Assembly: GCA_964291415.2 (NCBI GenBank)
Contig: OZ219918.1
Span: 352,001 to 416,000, forward strand
DNA length: 64,000 bases
Source: Alphaproteobacteria bacterium
Lineage (GTDB): Bacteria; Pseudomonadota; Alphaproteobacteria; SP197
Direction: 5' to 3'
The notes under the pieces are model-generated. The model was not told the origin of the DNA. It was given only the letters and a program-made list of their open reading frames with translations, and searched no databases. Below, piece by piece: positions 30,819-41,105 of the stretch. Positions within the stretch are counted from its first letter, which is position 1, and each line of letters starts with the position of its first letter. Both the position numbers and the translations under genes were made by a program.

Positions 30819-31634
30819 TCAGTACATCACGCCCGGAATACGGAGTTCGGGAGCCTCGCCACCCACGAACCGGCCCCAGAGTTCCTGATAGCGGCCGGAG
30901 CGCACCTGGTGGGTGATGAAGAGATTCAGATAGTTGATCCACCCGAAGTCCTTGCGCGGCGCCACCACCGACGTGTAATCCGTCGTCCAGGGCATGCGCG
31001 GCCCTGCGATCACGGTGTCATACTGCGCGACAATGGGCTTGACTGCCGTGTTGGTCGTGATGCCGACGTCCGCCTTTCCCTGGGCTACCGCGAGGAACAC
31101 CTCGTTCTCGCTCTGGTAGCCCTGATAGAGATCTTCCACGCCCCATTCCTCCGCGTACTTCAGGTACTCCTGTTCAGGAATGGTGCCGACTGCAGCGGCG
31201 ACACGCTTGCCCCTCAGGTCCTCGAAGGTCACGACACCGGAGTCGATCCCGACCACGGCCTGCGCGTAGTAGATGGCATACGGGATCGTAAAGCCGACGG
31301 TCTTTGCACGCTCGAGCGAATCCGAGGTTCCGCCGAACACGACGTCCGCGCGATTCGTCACGATCGAAGGCAGGCGCTCGGCCCAGGTCACAGGCAGAAT
31401 CTCGTAGTCGACCTCGAGTGCGGCGGCCAGATCCCTGCAGTACTCAACGTCGAACCCGGCAGGTTCGTTGTTCTCGTCCCGATACCCGATGGGCGGGAAA
31501 TCGAGAACGACGGCGCAGCGCACGAGGCCATCGTTGATGATGTCATCCAGCTTGTCGGCTCTGGCGTCCTGCGTGGCCGCAACAGCAAAAAACACGGCAA
31601 CGGCTGCTACCGGAGCGAGATATCCACGTTTCAT
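30819..31634 (-). CDS. Amino-acid ABC transporter substrate-binding protein (family 3)
   Basis: Signal peptide ending ARA, DFPPIG, GFDVEYC, GFTIPY; GGAG RBS. Confidence 0.93.
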   Translation of the reverse strand: MKRGYLAPVAAVAVFFAVAATQDARADKLDDIINDGLVRCAVVLDFPPIGYRDENNEPAGFDVEYCRDLAAALEVDYEILPVTWAERLPSIVTNRADVVFGGTSDSLERAKTVGFTIPYAIYYAQAVVGIDSGVVTFEDLRGKRVAAAVGTIPEQEYLKYAEEWGVEDLYQGYQSENEVFLAVAQGKADVGITTNTAVKPIVAQYDTVIAGPRMPWTTDYTSVVAPRKDFGWINYLNLFITHQVRSGRYQELWGRFVGGEAPELRIPGVMY

Positions 31635-31714
31635 AGTCCATACTCCCCATGTGATCGTCCTGCCCTCGCTGGAACGAGGCCCAGAGGGGCCAGTTGCAGA
31701 AGCATGCCATGTTC

Positions 31715-31738
31715 CATACAACGTGTATGCAAAGTCAA
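31715..31738 (-). promoter_or_regulatory. Putative GntR operator and -35 element of the ABC operon
   Basis: Palindrome CATACA-ACG-TGTATG at 31715-31729, just downstream of TTGACT on the minus strand. Confidence 0.55.
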
Positions 31739-32125
31739 GGCCTTTCGCAGCCGTGCTTCTCGCCAGGTCATCGGTGCGTGTGCACGCGTGTTGTGCATTG
31801 CGATCCGGTGGGCCGGAACGGGACCGCGCTGCTCGAACTGGGGAGCAAGGGATTGTCAGGAATGAAGGCCCGGGTGTTTCGGTGTGACCCCCATGCGTTC
31901 TAGGAGCCCAGTCGCTTCAGCGACGGACTGTGCGGCGCCACTCAATGGCCTTGTTCCGGGATGCGACGCCGTGTCGGGAGGGCGCGCGGCGTATGCGGCA
32001 CTGCTGCCGTCGATGGAGCGGCCTGGTGACACCGCCTCGGGCAATCGGATAGTGTCCGTTGTCCTGCACGCCCTGCGACATCGGCATCCAGCACACCGCA
32101 CTCGGCAGGGCGTCAGGAGCATGCC

Positions 32126-32845
32126 ATGACGGTGTTGAGCAAGGAGAGGCGTGCCCGGGGCGAGGCCTCGCTGCAGATCTACCATGCGCTTCGCAGGGAG
32201 ATCCTCAACATGTCGCTCGCGCCGGGAGCGCCTCTCGACGAAAACGGTATTGCGGCCCGCTATGCGGTCTCGCGCTCGCCGGTTCGCGAAGCGATCATTC
32301 GCCTGTCTGCCGACGGTCTGGTCCGTACCCTGCCCAACAAGAGCGCCATCGTCTCGCCGCTCAACCTCGAGGAGTTTCCCGCCTACGTCGATGCGCTCGA
32401 CCTGATGCAGCGGGTCACCACACGGCTTGCGGCCCTGCACCGCACCGAGGATGACCTGAACAGGATCAAGGAGATGAGCCGCGAATTCGACCGGGTACGG
32501 AAAGCGGGCGACGCCCTTGCCATGATCGAGACCAACCGCAATTTCCACAAGGCGATCGCCGAAGCCGGAAAGAACCGTTATTTCACATGGCTATACACGC
32601 GTCTGCTGGACGAGGGCCGCCGAACTCTCAGGGTGTACTTCCATTCGCTCAACGATGCCCTGCCGGAAGACATCGCGCAGGAGCATGCGGGTATCGTCGA
32701 CGCGATCGAGAGGCGTGATCCGGACCTCGCCGAGACCCTTGCCCACGAGCACACCGAACAGGTGACAAGTCGAATTCTGAGCTACCTTGGAACGCGCTAC
32801 ACGGTCGATTTCCCCTTGCGTCGAACGGCCGCGGCCAATCCATGA
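32126..32845 (+). CDS. GntR (FadR/FCD) family transcriptional regulator
   Basis: wHTH with VSRSPVREA, then FCD-domain NRNFHKAI...EHAGIVDAI. Confidence 0.93.
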   Translation: MTVLSKERRARGEASLQIYHALRREILNMSLAPGAPLDENGIAARYAVSRSPVREAIIRLSADGLVRTLPNKSAIVSPLNLEEFPAYVDALDLMQRVTTRLAALHRTEDDLNRIKEMSREFDRVRKAGDALAMIETNRNFHKAIAEAGKNRYFTWLYTRLLDEGRRTLRVYFHSLNDALPEDIAQEHAGIVDAIERRDPDLAETLAHEHTEQVTSRILSYLGTRYTVDFPLRRTAAANP

Positions 32846-33170
32846 TGCCTCTTGAGCAAGGCATCCCCCTCAAGAATGCATGACTGCGCTCGATGTCGAC
32901 GGTCACGTACAGCGGGATTCGCGGTGACCATGACAGCGTTGCCGGCGGCCAACAATCTCGCTGCACCTACCGCTTCGCGGATTGGAATGCCGAAGTCGAG
33001 ATGATTTGGCAACTCATCGGCGGCGCGATGCAGTCGGGAAGAGTGCCCACTCCATGGCCTGCCTGCGTCGACAGCTCAAGCGAGTAGCGCATGCATCCTT
33101 GTTCGTGTGCCATCTGGACCTCTCCCTGTCTGATCGAGAAGCAGACCTGCAAGCCCGTTACGGTTGGTGC

Positions 33171-33812
33171 TCAGGAGTCCGCCGCGTCGGTCGCAGCCAT
33201 GCTTGGCCGAACCTGCATGCGCTCCAGCCAGGACTTCAGCCGGGGTTGTTCGTCCAACAGTTGCCGACCCTTGGGCGCCAGTCGAAAGTAGGCGAACATC
33301 GGCGCGGCCAGCAGGTCGGCGAGGCACGGCGTGGAGCCGAAAAGGAATGGTCCGTCGTCCATCAGCCGTTCCAGCGCTTCCAGACAGGTGCGCGAGTGTC
33401 CGATCGCTACTTCGAGCCTGACGGGATTCGTCTCGCGGCCTTCCTGCGGTGCGCCGATCTGTTCGACGTAGACGCCCCAGACCATGCTGGGATAGGCGTA
33501 GCAGTCGAGAATCCGCATCGCCTGTGTCATGCGCGCCCGACTTTTCGATGTGTCCGGGATCAACGACGGGCCATCGAATGTTTCGTCGATGTAGCGGACA
33601 ATCGCATCGGTCTCGTAAAGCTGGAAGCCGTCGTGCTCGAACGCCGGGATGCGCCCGAATGGATGGCGCATGAAGTGTTCCGGCGGCGGTCCCCCTTCGC
33701 CGAACACATCGATTTCCACCAGATGGTAGGGGACACTCTTCTCCACCAGGGCAAGGCGCACCGTTCGGACATAGACGCTGTAGGCGGCACCAAAGACGAT
33801 CGGTTGGCTCAT
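33171..33812 (-). CDS. Glutathione S-transferase
   Basis: YSVYVR, HPFGRIP, LYETDAIVRY, CLADL; GGAGG RBS. Confidence 0.9.
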   Translation of the reverse strand: MSQPIVFGAAYSVYVRTVRLALVEKSVPYHLVEIDVFGEGGPPPEHFMRHPFGRIPAFEHDGFQLYETDAIVRYIDETFDGPSLIPDTSKSRARMTQAMRILDCYAYPSMVWGVYVEQIGAPQEGRETNPVRLEVAIGHSRTCLEALERLMDDGPFLFGSTPCLADLLAAPMFAYFRLAPKGRQLLDEQPRLKSWLERMQVRPSMAATDAADS

Positions 33813-34014
33813 GTCGGCCCCTCCAGTCGTCGGGCATGGAGGCTTGCCATGGCCACACCGAGGTGAAGGGCGCCGGGAAGACAGAACATGTCTGGCAGCA
33901 GGCAACGGCAGCTCCTTCGGACCACTCGGGAAGCCGGCCCCTCCGGTTCGACGGTGATGGTGGGAGTTGAGCGGCTGGCACCCGGAATCTGTACGATGCC
34001 TTCCACGTTCATGC

Positions 34015-34740
34015 TCAAGACAGTTTCCCTGCCGCGTCGACATAGGCGTCGCCCTGCAACCACGGCACCGTGCCGCTTACGTCCGTTTCGGTCGCGATTG
34101 CCACGTCTCCCGCATACCCCGCTTCAATCAGTTCCCTCCCTGATTGCGACTCTCTGATGACGTCCCCGGTCCGATTCCGGAGAGCGTGCCAGGCAGCTCG
34201 GGCCGCTTCAGCGTCAGGAGAAGGCTGTGCCGACAGGCACTGGATGATCGATCCTGCCCCAAGGAGATCCTCGATCGCGGGGCGCAGGCTGTCGTCGGGC
34301 CAGCGCTCGCCTGCAGCGACGACGCCAATAGTCGATCCAAGCGACGACGCAGCCCGTGCCACGGCGGTCGCGTTGCGCAGGCAGCCAGCCAGTGTTGGCA
34401 CCGCACCCGTTTCCCGAGACAGTCTCGAGCCGTTCGGCGATGGAAGGACAATCCGTGTTCCACTCGTCACGGCCTTCAAAGTCCCGGGAGAAAGGCTCAA
34501 CTGCTCGCCACCGGCCAACCGAGGTTGAGCCAGGACAGCGCCGCGGCTCCTTGCGTAGCCTTCGGCATCCGAATGTCCGTAAGCGAAGGGAAGGATCCGG
34601 GCGCCCCGGGATGTGGCGACATCCACGGCCGTGGAGAACGACAGCACGTCCACGATGACAACCACATCGCTCGTTGGAAGCAGCGACTGGAGACCCCTGA
34701 GTCCCCAGCCGAAATCTACACATGGTTGAAATCGGCGCAT
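34015..34740 (-). CDS. 2-phosphosulfolactate phosphatase (ComB)-family protein
   Basis: VIVDVLSFST, SLSP, SPNGS, GCLRNA, AGERW, EDLLGAG. Confidence 0.87.
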   Translation of the reverse strand: MRRFQPCVDFGWGLRGLQSLLPTSDVVVIVDVLSFSTAVDVATSRGARILPFAYGHSDAEGYARSRGAVLAQPRLAGGEQLSLSPGTLKAVTSGTRIVLPSPNGSRLSRETGAVPTLAGCLRNATAVARAASSLGSTIGVVAAGERWPDDSLRPAIEDLLGAGSIIQCLSAQPSPDAEAARAAWHALRNRTGDVIRESQSGRELIEAGYAGDVAIATETDVSGTVPWLQGDAYVDAAGKLS

Positions 34741-35347
34741 TCGAGACGTTCCATCCGTCCACGCTACCGCCCGCTGCGCGTTGCGTCGAGAAGGCCTCTC
34801 GGCGTTCCACGTCTCCGGCACGCGCTGGAGGCACGTCACCGCTGGTCAGCGTGAGGCGAGAGATGGGTGTGGCCACGGCCTCGAGCGCCGTGGTCTTCTG
34901 CGCCTCGTTCCAGGACCGGGTCACCGGATCGAGGGGTGATGACAATCAGGAACGTTCCACGTTGCGACGTGTATCCGGAAACCGCCCAGCCTGATGGCAG
35001 AATGGGGCACATGTCCGCTTGAACCAAGTTGGAGTGCGCAATGATGCGACACCTTGCATGCTGCGGGTATGCGGGCGCACTGGTGAAGAGGGGTGACTCT
35101 CCTTCCCATCTGTCTGATAATCGCTCCGGAAAGAGCGTGAACGGCTGTTCTCCTGGCCATTGTCAGCAGCCTTCACGAAGAGCGCTCTCGGTTGCATGAT
35201 GGAGTATGGGGGAACGGCTAGGTTCGGGGCTGCTGACGGTGGAGTAATGCGCAAGGGAAACTCCATGCGAGAATCACACCCGGGTGTGTTTCGCACATCC
35301 GGAATCCCTGACGGGGATGACCTGTCGGCGTGCGTGGAGGAGCAGGA

Positions 35348-36535
35348 TTGACCTCTCTAGAGCCGACAAGGATTCCTGGCGCCTATCGCGATCACTATCC
35401 AAAGGCGCAAGCGGTCGATCCGCAGAGGGCGGCGAACTACCTCGCGCACACCACCATCGGAGACCCGTTGGCCGACGCCATGATCGTCGATCTGGAGGAC
35501 CTCGGCGCCGAAAGGTCCACGAAGCTGATTCAGCAATGCATGGCCGGAAAGGGAGGCGAAGCATTTCGAAGCGCGCCGGCCTCGGTCAGGGAATTCTTCG
35601 AACACTGTGCCGAACCGCCGGCATGGCTCGATCTCTCCGAGTTCCTGCCTGGCTGCCGGATGTTTCACAGGAACGTTCCGCTGGTTCTCGCGGGCATGGT
35701 GGGCGGCGTTCTCGTGGAGGGTTTTTCGACCAACATTGCCAAGTCGTTCTTCATTACCGGCAGACTGCGTGATCAGGGTGTGAGGCGGCTCAAGCAGAAC
35801 AACCGCCATATGCTGGAGATATTCATGCCGGGCGGTATGGATGTGTACAATGACGGGTGGGCACATTCTGTCCGGGTGCGGCTGGTCCACGCGAAGGTCC
35901 GCTATCTGCTGGCCCAGTCCGACGACTGGGACGAGGACGAACTCGGTGCGCCCATCAGCGCGGCCCACGTCGGCTTTGCCATCGTGGCCTTTTCCGCGAG
36001 GTCGCTCGATTATCTCAGGAAGCTCGGGGCTTCCTTCAACAAGGAGGAAAGCAGGAGCTTCATGGCCGTGTGGCGGTACTCCGGCTACCTGATGGGCATT
36101 CCGGAGACCATCCTTTACCACGACGTTGAGGATGCGCTCGAGATCTACAGGATCGGTCGTCTGTGCGAGCCTCCGCCTTCGATGGAGTCGATCGCGCTTG
36201 CCTCGTCTCTCCTGAATTCCGCGCCGTTGGTTGCGGGGGTAACCGAGACGGACAAGCGCCAGATGCTTGCCGGAGACATCGCGCGGGTGTCGCGCGCCCT
36301 TGTCGGCAAGGAACTCGCCGACGAACTCATGATTCCCGAGAGCGCCACATTCGGAATCCTGTGGAAGATACGCATGCTGAGCCGGATGAAGCGGTTGACG
36401 GAGAAGCTGAATCCCCGCCATTCCCGGCCTGTCGAGGACATCACCAGAATTCTTGACATCTCGATGTACGACGAGGAAGGGATCAGCTACAAGTTGCCCG
36501 ACAACCCCTATGCCGAGTTGTCGTCCAAGTGGTAA
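35348..36535 (+). CDS. MpaB/DUF2236 (Lcp-like) heme oxygenase-family protein
   Basis: GDPLAD, PPAWLD, RVRLVHAKVR, WD...GAPIS, WRYSGYLMG; TTG start after GGAGG. Confidence 0.85.
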   Translation: MTSLEPTRIPGAYRDHYPKAQAVDPQRAANYLAHTTIGDPLADAMIVDLEDLGAERSTKLIQQCMAGKGGEAFRSAPASVREFFEHCAEPPAWLDLSEFLPGCRMFHRNVPLVLAGMVGGVLVEGFSTNIAKSFFITGRLRDQGVRRLKQNNRHMLEIFMPGGMDVYNDGWAHSVRVRLVHAKVRYLLAQSDDWDEDELGAPISAAHVGFAIVAFSARSLDYLRKLGASFNKEESRSFMAVWRYSGYLMGIPETILYHDVEDALEIYRIGRLCEPPPSMESIALASSLLNSAPLVAGVTETDKRQMLAGDIARVSRALVGKELADELMIPESATFGILWKIRMLSRMKRLTEKLNPRHSRPVEDITRILDISMYDEEGISYKLPDNPYAELSSKW

Positions 36536-36569
36536 CCCCCGTACGGTGCCGACCTCGTCCCGTTCCGTC

Positions 36570-38858
36570 ATGACGGGCGTCCTCGAGTCCTTTATCGAAA
36601 CGGTCCTGCGTCGCCGGTGGCCGGTTCTCGCCCTGATGGTACTGGTCATGGTGGCGCTGACGGCCGGCGTCAGTTTCGTTGGCGTGACCAACGACTACCG
36701 CAGCCTGTTCGACGAAGACAATCCGCAGCTTGAGTCGCTGAATGTTCTCGAAGCCACCTACGGCACGTCCAACAGGGCGTTGATTGCCGTCGCTCCTCAG
36801 AGCGGCTCGGTCTTCAACCGGGCAACACTCGGCGCCATCGAGGACCTCACCGAGGCGGCGTGGCAGACACCCTATTCCACGCGGGTCGACTCGCTTTCCA
36901 ACCATTCCCACAGTTGGGCCGACGGTGACGACCTGACTGTCCAGTCTCTGGTCGATGATGCGGCTGCCTTGACGGACGCGGATCTCGAATGGGTCCGGGA
37001 TGTCGCACTGAACACACCCGAGATCGCCGGGCGTCTGGTTTCGCACGACGCAGCGGTGGCCGGGCTCGTGATCGACTTTGCCCTGCCGGAGAACCCGGAT
37101 GCGGCAGTGTTCGAGATCACCGACCATCTCCATGATCTTCTCGACAGGGCTCGTGCCAGCAATCCGGACATCGCCTACTACCTGACCGGGGATGTGCCGT
37201 TGAACCGTGCCTTCGCCGACGCCACCAAGGATGACATGGAGACCCTGGTCCCGATCGTGTTTGCCATCATCGCAGGTGTGGCGGCCTTCCTCCTGCGATC
37301 CGTCCTGGGGACGGTTGCGATCGTTGTCGTGCTGATGTTCACGGTCAACACGACCGTGGGTTTTGCCGGCTGGCTCGGGATCGTGTTCAACCCCGCGAAC
37401 TCCGGTGTGCCGATCATCGTCATGACGGTGGCGGTGGCCCACTCGGTCCACATCGTCGAGAAGGTGCTGGCGGGTATCGGCCGCGGCCTGGACCGGAATG
37501 CCGCGATCGCCGAATCGATCCGGGTCAACGCATGGCCCGTGTTCCTGACCTCGCTCACGACCGTGATCGGGTTCCTGAGCCTGAATGCGTCCGACTCGCC
37601 GCCGTTCCGCGTGCTTGGAAACCTTGTCGCGTTTGGCGTGTTCTGCGCTTTCGTCTATTCCATGACGGTGCTGCCCGCCGTGCTGTCCGTCCTGCCCATG
37701 AGGCCGCGCCCGGTGCGTGCCCGGATGCCTGATGTCTTTGATCGCCTCGGCGCATTCGTGGTCGCCCGGCGGACGGTGCTGCTGTGGAGTTCCGCAGTCG
37801 TCGCCATCGTGCTGGTCACGGGCGTTCCCAGGCTCGAACTGACCGACAACTGGACCAGTTATCTGAGCGAGCGCTATCAGTTCCGGCAGGATACCGATTT
37901 CGTGATCGACAATCTGACCGGCATCGAATCCCTGGAGTACTCGCTCGAATCGGGTCGCGACGGAGGCATCACCGAGCCCGCCTATCTGAGGAATGTCGAG
38001 GCGTTTGCCGATTGGTTCCGGCAACAGCCCGAAGTTCTGCACGTCGAGGCCTTTCCCGACATCATGAAGCGCCTCAACAAGAACATGCACGGAGACGATC
38101 CGGACTACTACGTCCTGCCGGACGATCCGGAACTGTCAGCGCAGTACCTGTTGCTCTACGAACTCTCCCTTCCCTTCGGAAGGGATCTGAACAACCGGAT
38201 CAATGTTGCCAAGTCGGCCACGCGGATGACGGTTGTCATGCGCAACCTCACATCGAAGGCGCAGCGTGAACTCGATGCGCGCGCCCAGGAATGGATCCGG
38301 GGCAGAGCGCCGGACCTCGCGTCCGAAGCATCGGGGGTCAGTATCATCTTCGCTCACCTGTCGCAGCGGAACATCGTGAGCATGCTGACCGGTACCATCA
38401 TCGCCATGGCTCTCATCTCGCTGATCCTGGTGTTCATATTCCGGAGCCTGCGGGTCGGGCTCGTGAGCGTCGTACCGAACTTCATTCCTGCCGCGATGAG
38501 CCTTGGTCTCTGGGGATACGCGGTCGGCAATGTCGGCCTTGCCGGCTCGGTGATGACCGCGATCGCTTTCGGCATCGTCGTTGACGACACGATCCACTTC
38601 CTGACCAAGTATCACCGGGCTCGTCACGACGGGCTGGACGCCCCGGAGGCGGTGCGCACCGCCTTCCGCACCGTTGGCCATGCGCTGTTGACGACCACCG
38701 TTGTGCTGGTCCTCGGCTTCCTGGTGTTCGCCTCGTCCGGGTTTGAGGTGAGTTGGGCTCTCGGCCTCCTGGTTTCGCTCACGATTTCGTTCGCGCTGCT
38801 GGCCGATTTCCTGTTCCTGCCGCCGCTCCTGATGCTTCTTGACCGAAGGAAATCCTGA
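36570..38858 (+). CDS. MMPL/RND-family exporter
   Basis: Two repeats of a periplasmic domain plus TM bundle; TSLTTVIGFLSL, GIVVDDTIHF. Confidence 0.9.
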   Translation: MTGVLESFIETVLRRRWPVLALMVLVMVALTAGVSFVGVTNDYRSLFDEDNPQLESLNVLEATYGTSNRALIAVAPQSGSVFNRATLGAIEDLTEAAWQTPYSTRVDSLSNHSHSWADGDDLTVQSLVDDAAALTDADLEWVRDVALNTPEIAGRLVSHDAAVAGLVIDFALPENPDAAVFEITDHLHDLLDRARASNPDIAYYLTGDVPLNRAFADATKDDMETLVPIVFAIIAGVAAFLLRSVLGTVAIVVVLMFTVNTTVGFAGWLGIVFNPANSGVPIIVMTVAVAHSVHIVEKVLAGIGRGLDRNAAIAESIRVNAWPVFLTSLTTVIGFLSLNASDSPPFRVLGNLVAFGVFCAFVYSMTVLPAVLSVLPMRPRPVRARMPDVFDRLGAFVVARRTVLLWSSAVVAIVLVTGVPRLELTDNWTSYLSERYQFRQDTDFVIDNLTGIESLEYSLESGRDGGITEPAYLRNVEAFADWFRQQPEVLHVEAFPDIMKRLNKNMHGDDPDYYVLPDDPELSAQYLLLYELSLPFGRDLNNRINVAKSATRMTVVMRNLTSKAQRELDARAQEWIRGRAPDLASEASGVSIIFAHLSQRNIVSMLTGTIIAMALISLILVFIFRSLRVGLVSVVPNFIPAAMSLGLWGYAVGNVGLAGSVMTAIAFGIVVDDTIHFLTKYHRARHDGLDAPEAVRTAFRTVGHALLTTTVVLVLGFLVFASSGFEVSWALGLLVSLTISFALLADFLFLPPLLMLLDRRKS

Positions 38859-39177
38859 GCCCGGTCTGGCAAGGCGCCACCAGATAACTCCAAATCGGGC
38901 CTCGGGTTCTTCACACCACGCCGGAAGCCATGCGCAGATTGCGGATGAATCCGGTCACAACCTGGCGAAATCAAGGGATCCCGAACGTCAGGTGGCGGCG
39001 AACAGGTTCGTGGACCCACGCACCCGGATGCACCGGCCTCTCCATGGTGCATGAGCGATGCCGCCGTTGTGCCCGGTGCGAAGGCCCGTCCTCGCAAGCC
39101 GGCGTCACCCGCATCGAAAGCGGCCGGCACCGGTCTCCCGGCCACGATCTTCGCTCTCTCCGGCACCCATGACCGGG

Positions 39178-39208
39178 CGGTGCCGGTGCCTTGAGGGCAC
39201 CGGCACCG
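39178..39208. terminator. Hairpin downstream of the alanine/glycine symporter, between convergent genes
   Basis: CGGTGCCGGTGCC-TTGAG-GGCACCGGCACCG, a perfect 13-bp stem. Confidence 0.7.
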
Positions 39209-39219
39209 GGTGACAGGTG

Positions 39220-40629
39220 TCAGGACGAAAGATCCTTCGGCGGAATGGGACTGCCCAGAGGCTTGCCTATCTCCTCGAAGTAGTCCCGGGTGACCTTGAA
39301 CACCATCGGCGCAAGCAACAGCAGCCCGATGAGGTTCGGCACCGCCATCAACCCGTTCAAGGTGTCTGACAGGTTCCAGACGAAGTCGACCTTGACGTTG
39401 GCGAACGCCAGGGCCGCCAGCACCCACAGTCCCCGGTAGACGATCAGGCTCTTCTCCTTGAACAGGTACTGCCAGCAGCGCTCGCCGTAGTAGGACCAGC
39501 CGAGAATGGTGGTGAAGGCGAACACCGCGAGGGCAATGGTGACGATGTACTGCCCGCCGGTCAGGGATACCTCGAAACCGGTCGACGTCAGCACGGCGCC
39601 GGTGAGGCCCGCGCCGTCCTCGCCCGTCATCACCCATGCGCCGGAGGTCAGGATCACGAGTGCGGTGACCGTGCACACCACGAGGGTGTCGATGAACGTT
39701 CCGAGCATGGCGATCACGCCCTGGCGAACCGGGCTGTTCGTCTGTGCCGCCGCATGTGCGATGGCGGCAGACCCAAGGCCGGATTCATTGGAGAACACGC
39801 CACGGGCGACACCGAAGCGGATGGCTGCGGCCACCGCGGCTCCGGCAAAGCCGCCTGTCGCCGCGGCAGGCGTGAAGGCGTAGGTGAAGATCATCGCAAT
39901 GGCGTCGGGGATGGCCGTGATGTTGATCGCGAGGATCAACAGCGCAGCACCCATGTAGAGCACGATCATGGCCGGTACCAGCTTGCCGGCAACCTCGCCG
40001 ATCCGCCGGATGCCGCCGATGACGACGACGCCGACAAGCACGGCGACCACGACGCCGGTCACCCATGTCGGCACGCCAAAGCTGTTGATCAGGGCGCTGG
40101 CCATGGAGTTGACCTGTACGGCGTTGCCGATACCGAAGGCAGCCACCGCGCCGAAGATGGCAAAGGCGATGCCGAGCCACTTGCCGAGTTCCGGCGCAAA
40201 CTCACCGACCCCGTTGCGCAGATAGTACATCGGGCCGCCGACGTACTTTCCGTTGGCATCGACCTCCCGATAGGTCACCGCGCAGACGGCCTCGGCATAC
40301 TTTGTCGCCATGCCGAAGAGAGCGATCAGCCACATGTAGAAGATGGCGCCCGGGCCGCCGAGGGCAATGGCGGTGGCGACACCGGCGATGTTTCCGGTTC
40401 CCACGGTTGCCGAGAGCGCCGTCATCAGGGCATTGAAGGGCTTGACTTCGCCCTCGCCGACAGCGCTTCCCTTGTCGAAGAGAAGACGGAATCCGTACCC
40501 CACCTTGCGCCAGGGCATGAACAGCAGGCCCACGGTCAGCAGGACGCCCGTGACCCCCAGCGCGCCCAGCATTGGTGGCCCCCAGGCGAAGGCGTTGATG
40601 GAATTGATGATCGAATTCAGACTGTCCAT
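39220..40629 (-). CDS. Alanine/glycine:cation symporter (AGCS family)
   Basis: ATVGTGNIAGVA, GGPGAIFYMW, GGPMYY, RGVFSNESGLGS. Confidence 0.95.
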   Translation of the reverse strand: MDSLNSIINSINAFAWGPPMLGALGVTGVLLTVGLLFMPWRKVGYGFRLLFDKGSAVGEGEVKPFNALMTALSATVGTGNIAGVATAIALGGPGAIFYMWLIALFGMATKYAEAVCAVTYREVDANGKYVGGPMYYLRNGVGEFAPELGKWLGIAFAIFGAVAAFGIGNAVQVNSMASALINSFGVPTWVTGVVVAVLVGVVVIGGIRRIGEVAGKLVPAMIVLYMGAALLILAINITAIPDAIAMIFTYAFTPAAATGGFAGAAVAAAIRFGVARGVFSNESGLGSAAIAHAAAQTNSPVRQGVIAMLGTFIDTLVVCTVTALVILTSGAWVMTGEDGAGLTGAVLTSTGFEVSLTGGQYIVTIALAVFAFTTILGWSYYGERCWQYLFKEKSLIVYRGLWVLAALAFANVKVDFVWNLSDTLNGLMAVPNLIGLLLLAPMVFKVTRDYFEEIGKPLGSPIPPKDLSS

Positions 40630-40760
40630 CGTGCTCTCCCGTTCCCCCTCGGATTGGCTAGAGTCCTTGGCCGGACGTTGGGGGGATTGATTTCAGTCAG
40701 CAGGGTACCTGACAGGCAACATCGCCTCCAAGTACTGTCATCTGGGAGGTGTGCGGTGTG

Positions 40761-41105
40761 TCAGCAGGGTGCGGCAAGCGCCGATCGTGTGGCGGTGGTG
40801 AACCCCACAAGCACGCGACTTCCGGAGACGAACAGCGGTCGCTTCATGACCGCGGGCCAGGTCCTGATGAGTGCGGCGGTCCGGTCGTCGTCGAGATCCC
40901 GTTTTTCGTGTTCCGGCAGTTTGCGCCACGTGGTGCCGCGCCGGTTGATCAGCGCCTCATGACCGCATACGGCAATCCATGACTCGACATCGCCGAAGCC
41001 GTCCCTGCGGACGTCGTGGAACCTGTGTGGAATCTCCTGCTCCACAAGCCAGGCAAGCGCCTTCCGGCAGGTATCGCAGTTTTTCAGGCCGTAGACGCTG
41101 ATCAC
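40761..41105 (-). CDS. ArsC/Spx (YffB-like) family protein
   Basis: VYGLKNCDTCRKAL, INRRGTTWRKL, MKRP; GTG start overlapping the upstream stop. Confidence 0.9.
   Translation of the reverse strand: MISVYGLKNCDTCRKALAWLVEQEIPHRFHDVRRDGFGDVESWIAVCGHEALINRRGTTWRKLPEHEKRDLDDDRTAALIRTWPAVMKRPLFVSGSRVLVGFTTATRSALAAPC

Noticed and set aside
40630-40760. Glycine riboswitch upstream of the alanine/glycine symporter
   Set aside because: Expected from context, but the GGAGA...CCGAAG...CTCTCAGG core is not present in order and the space is short
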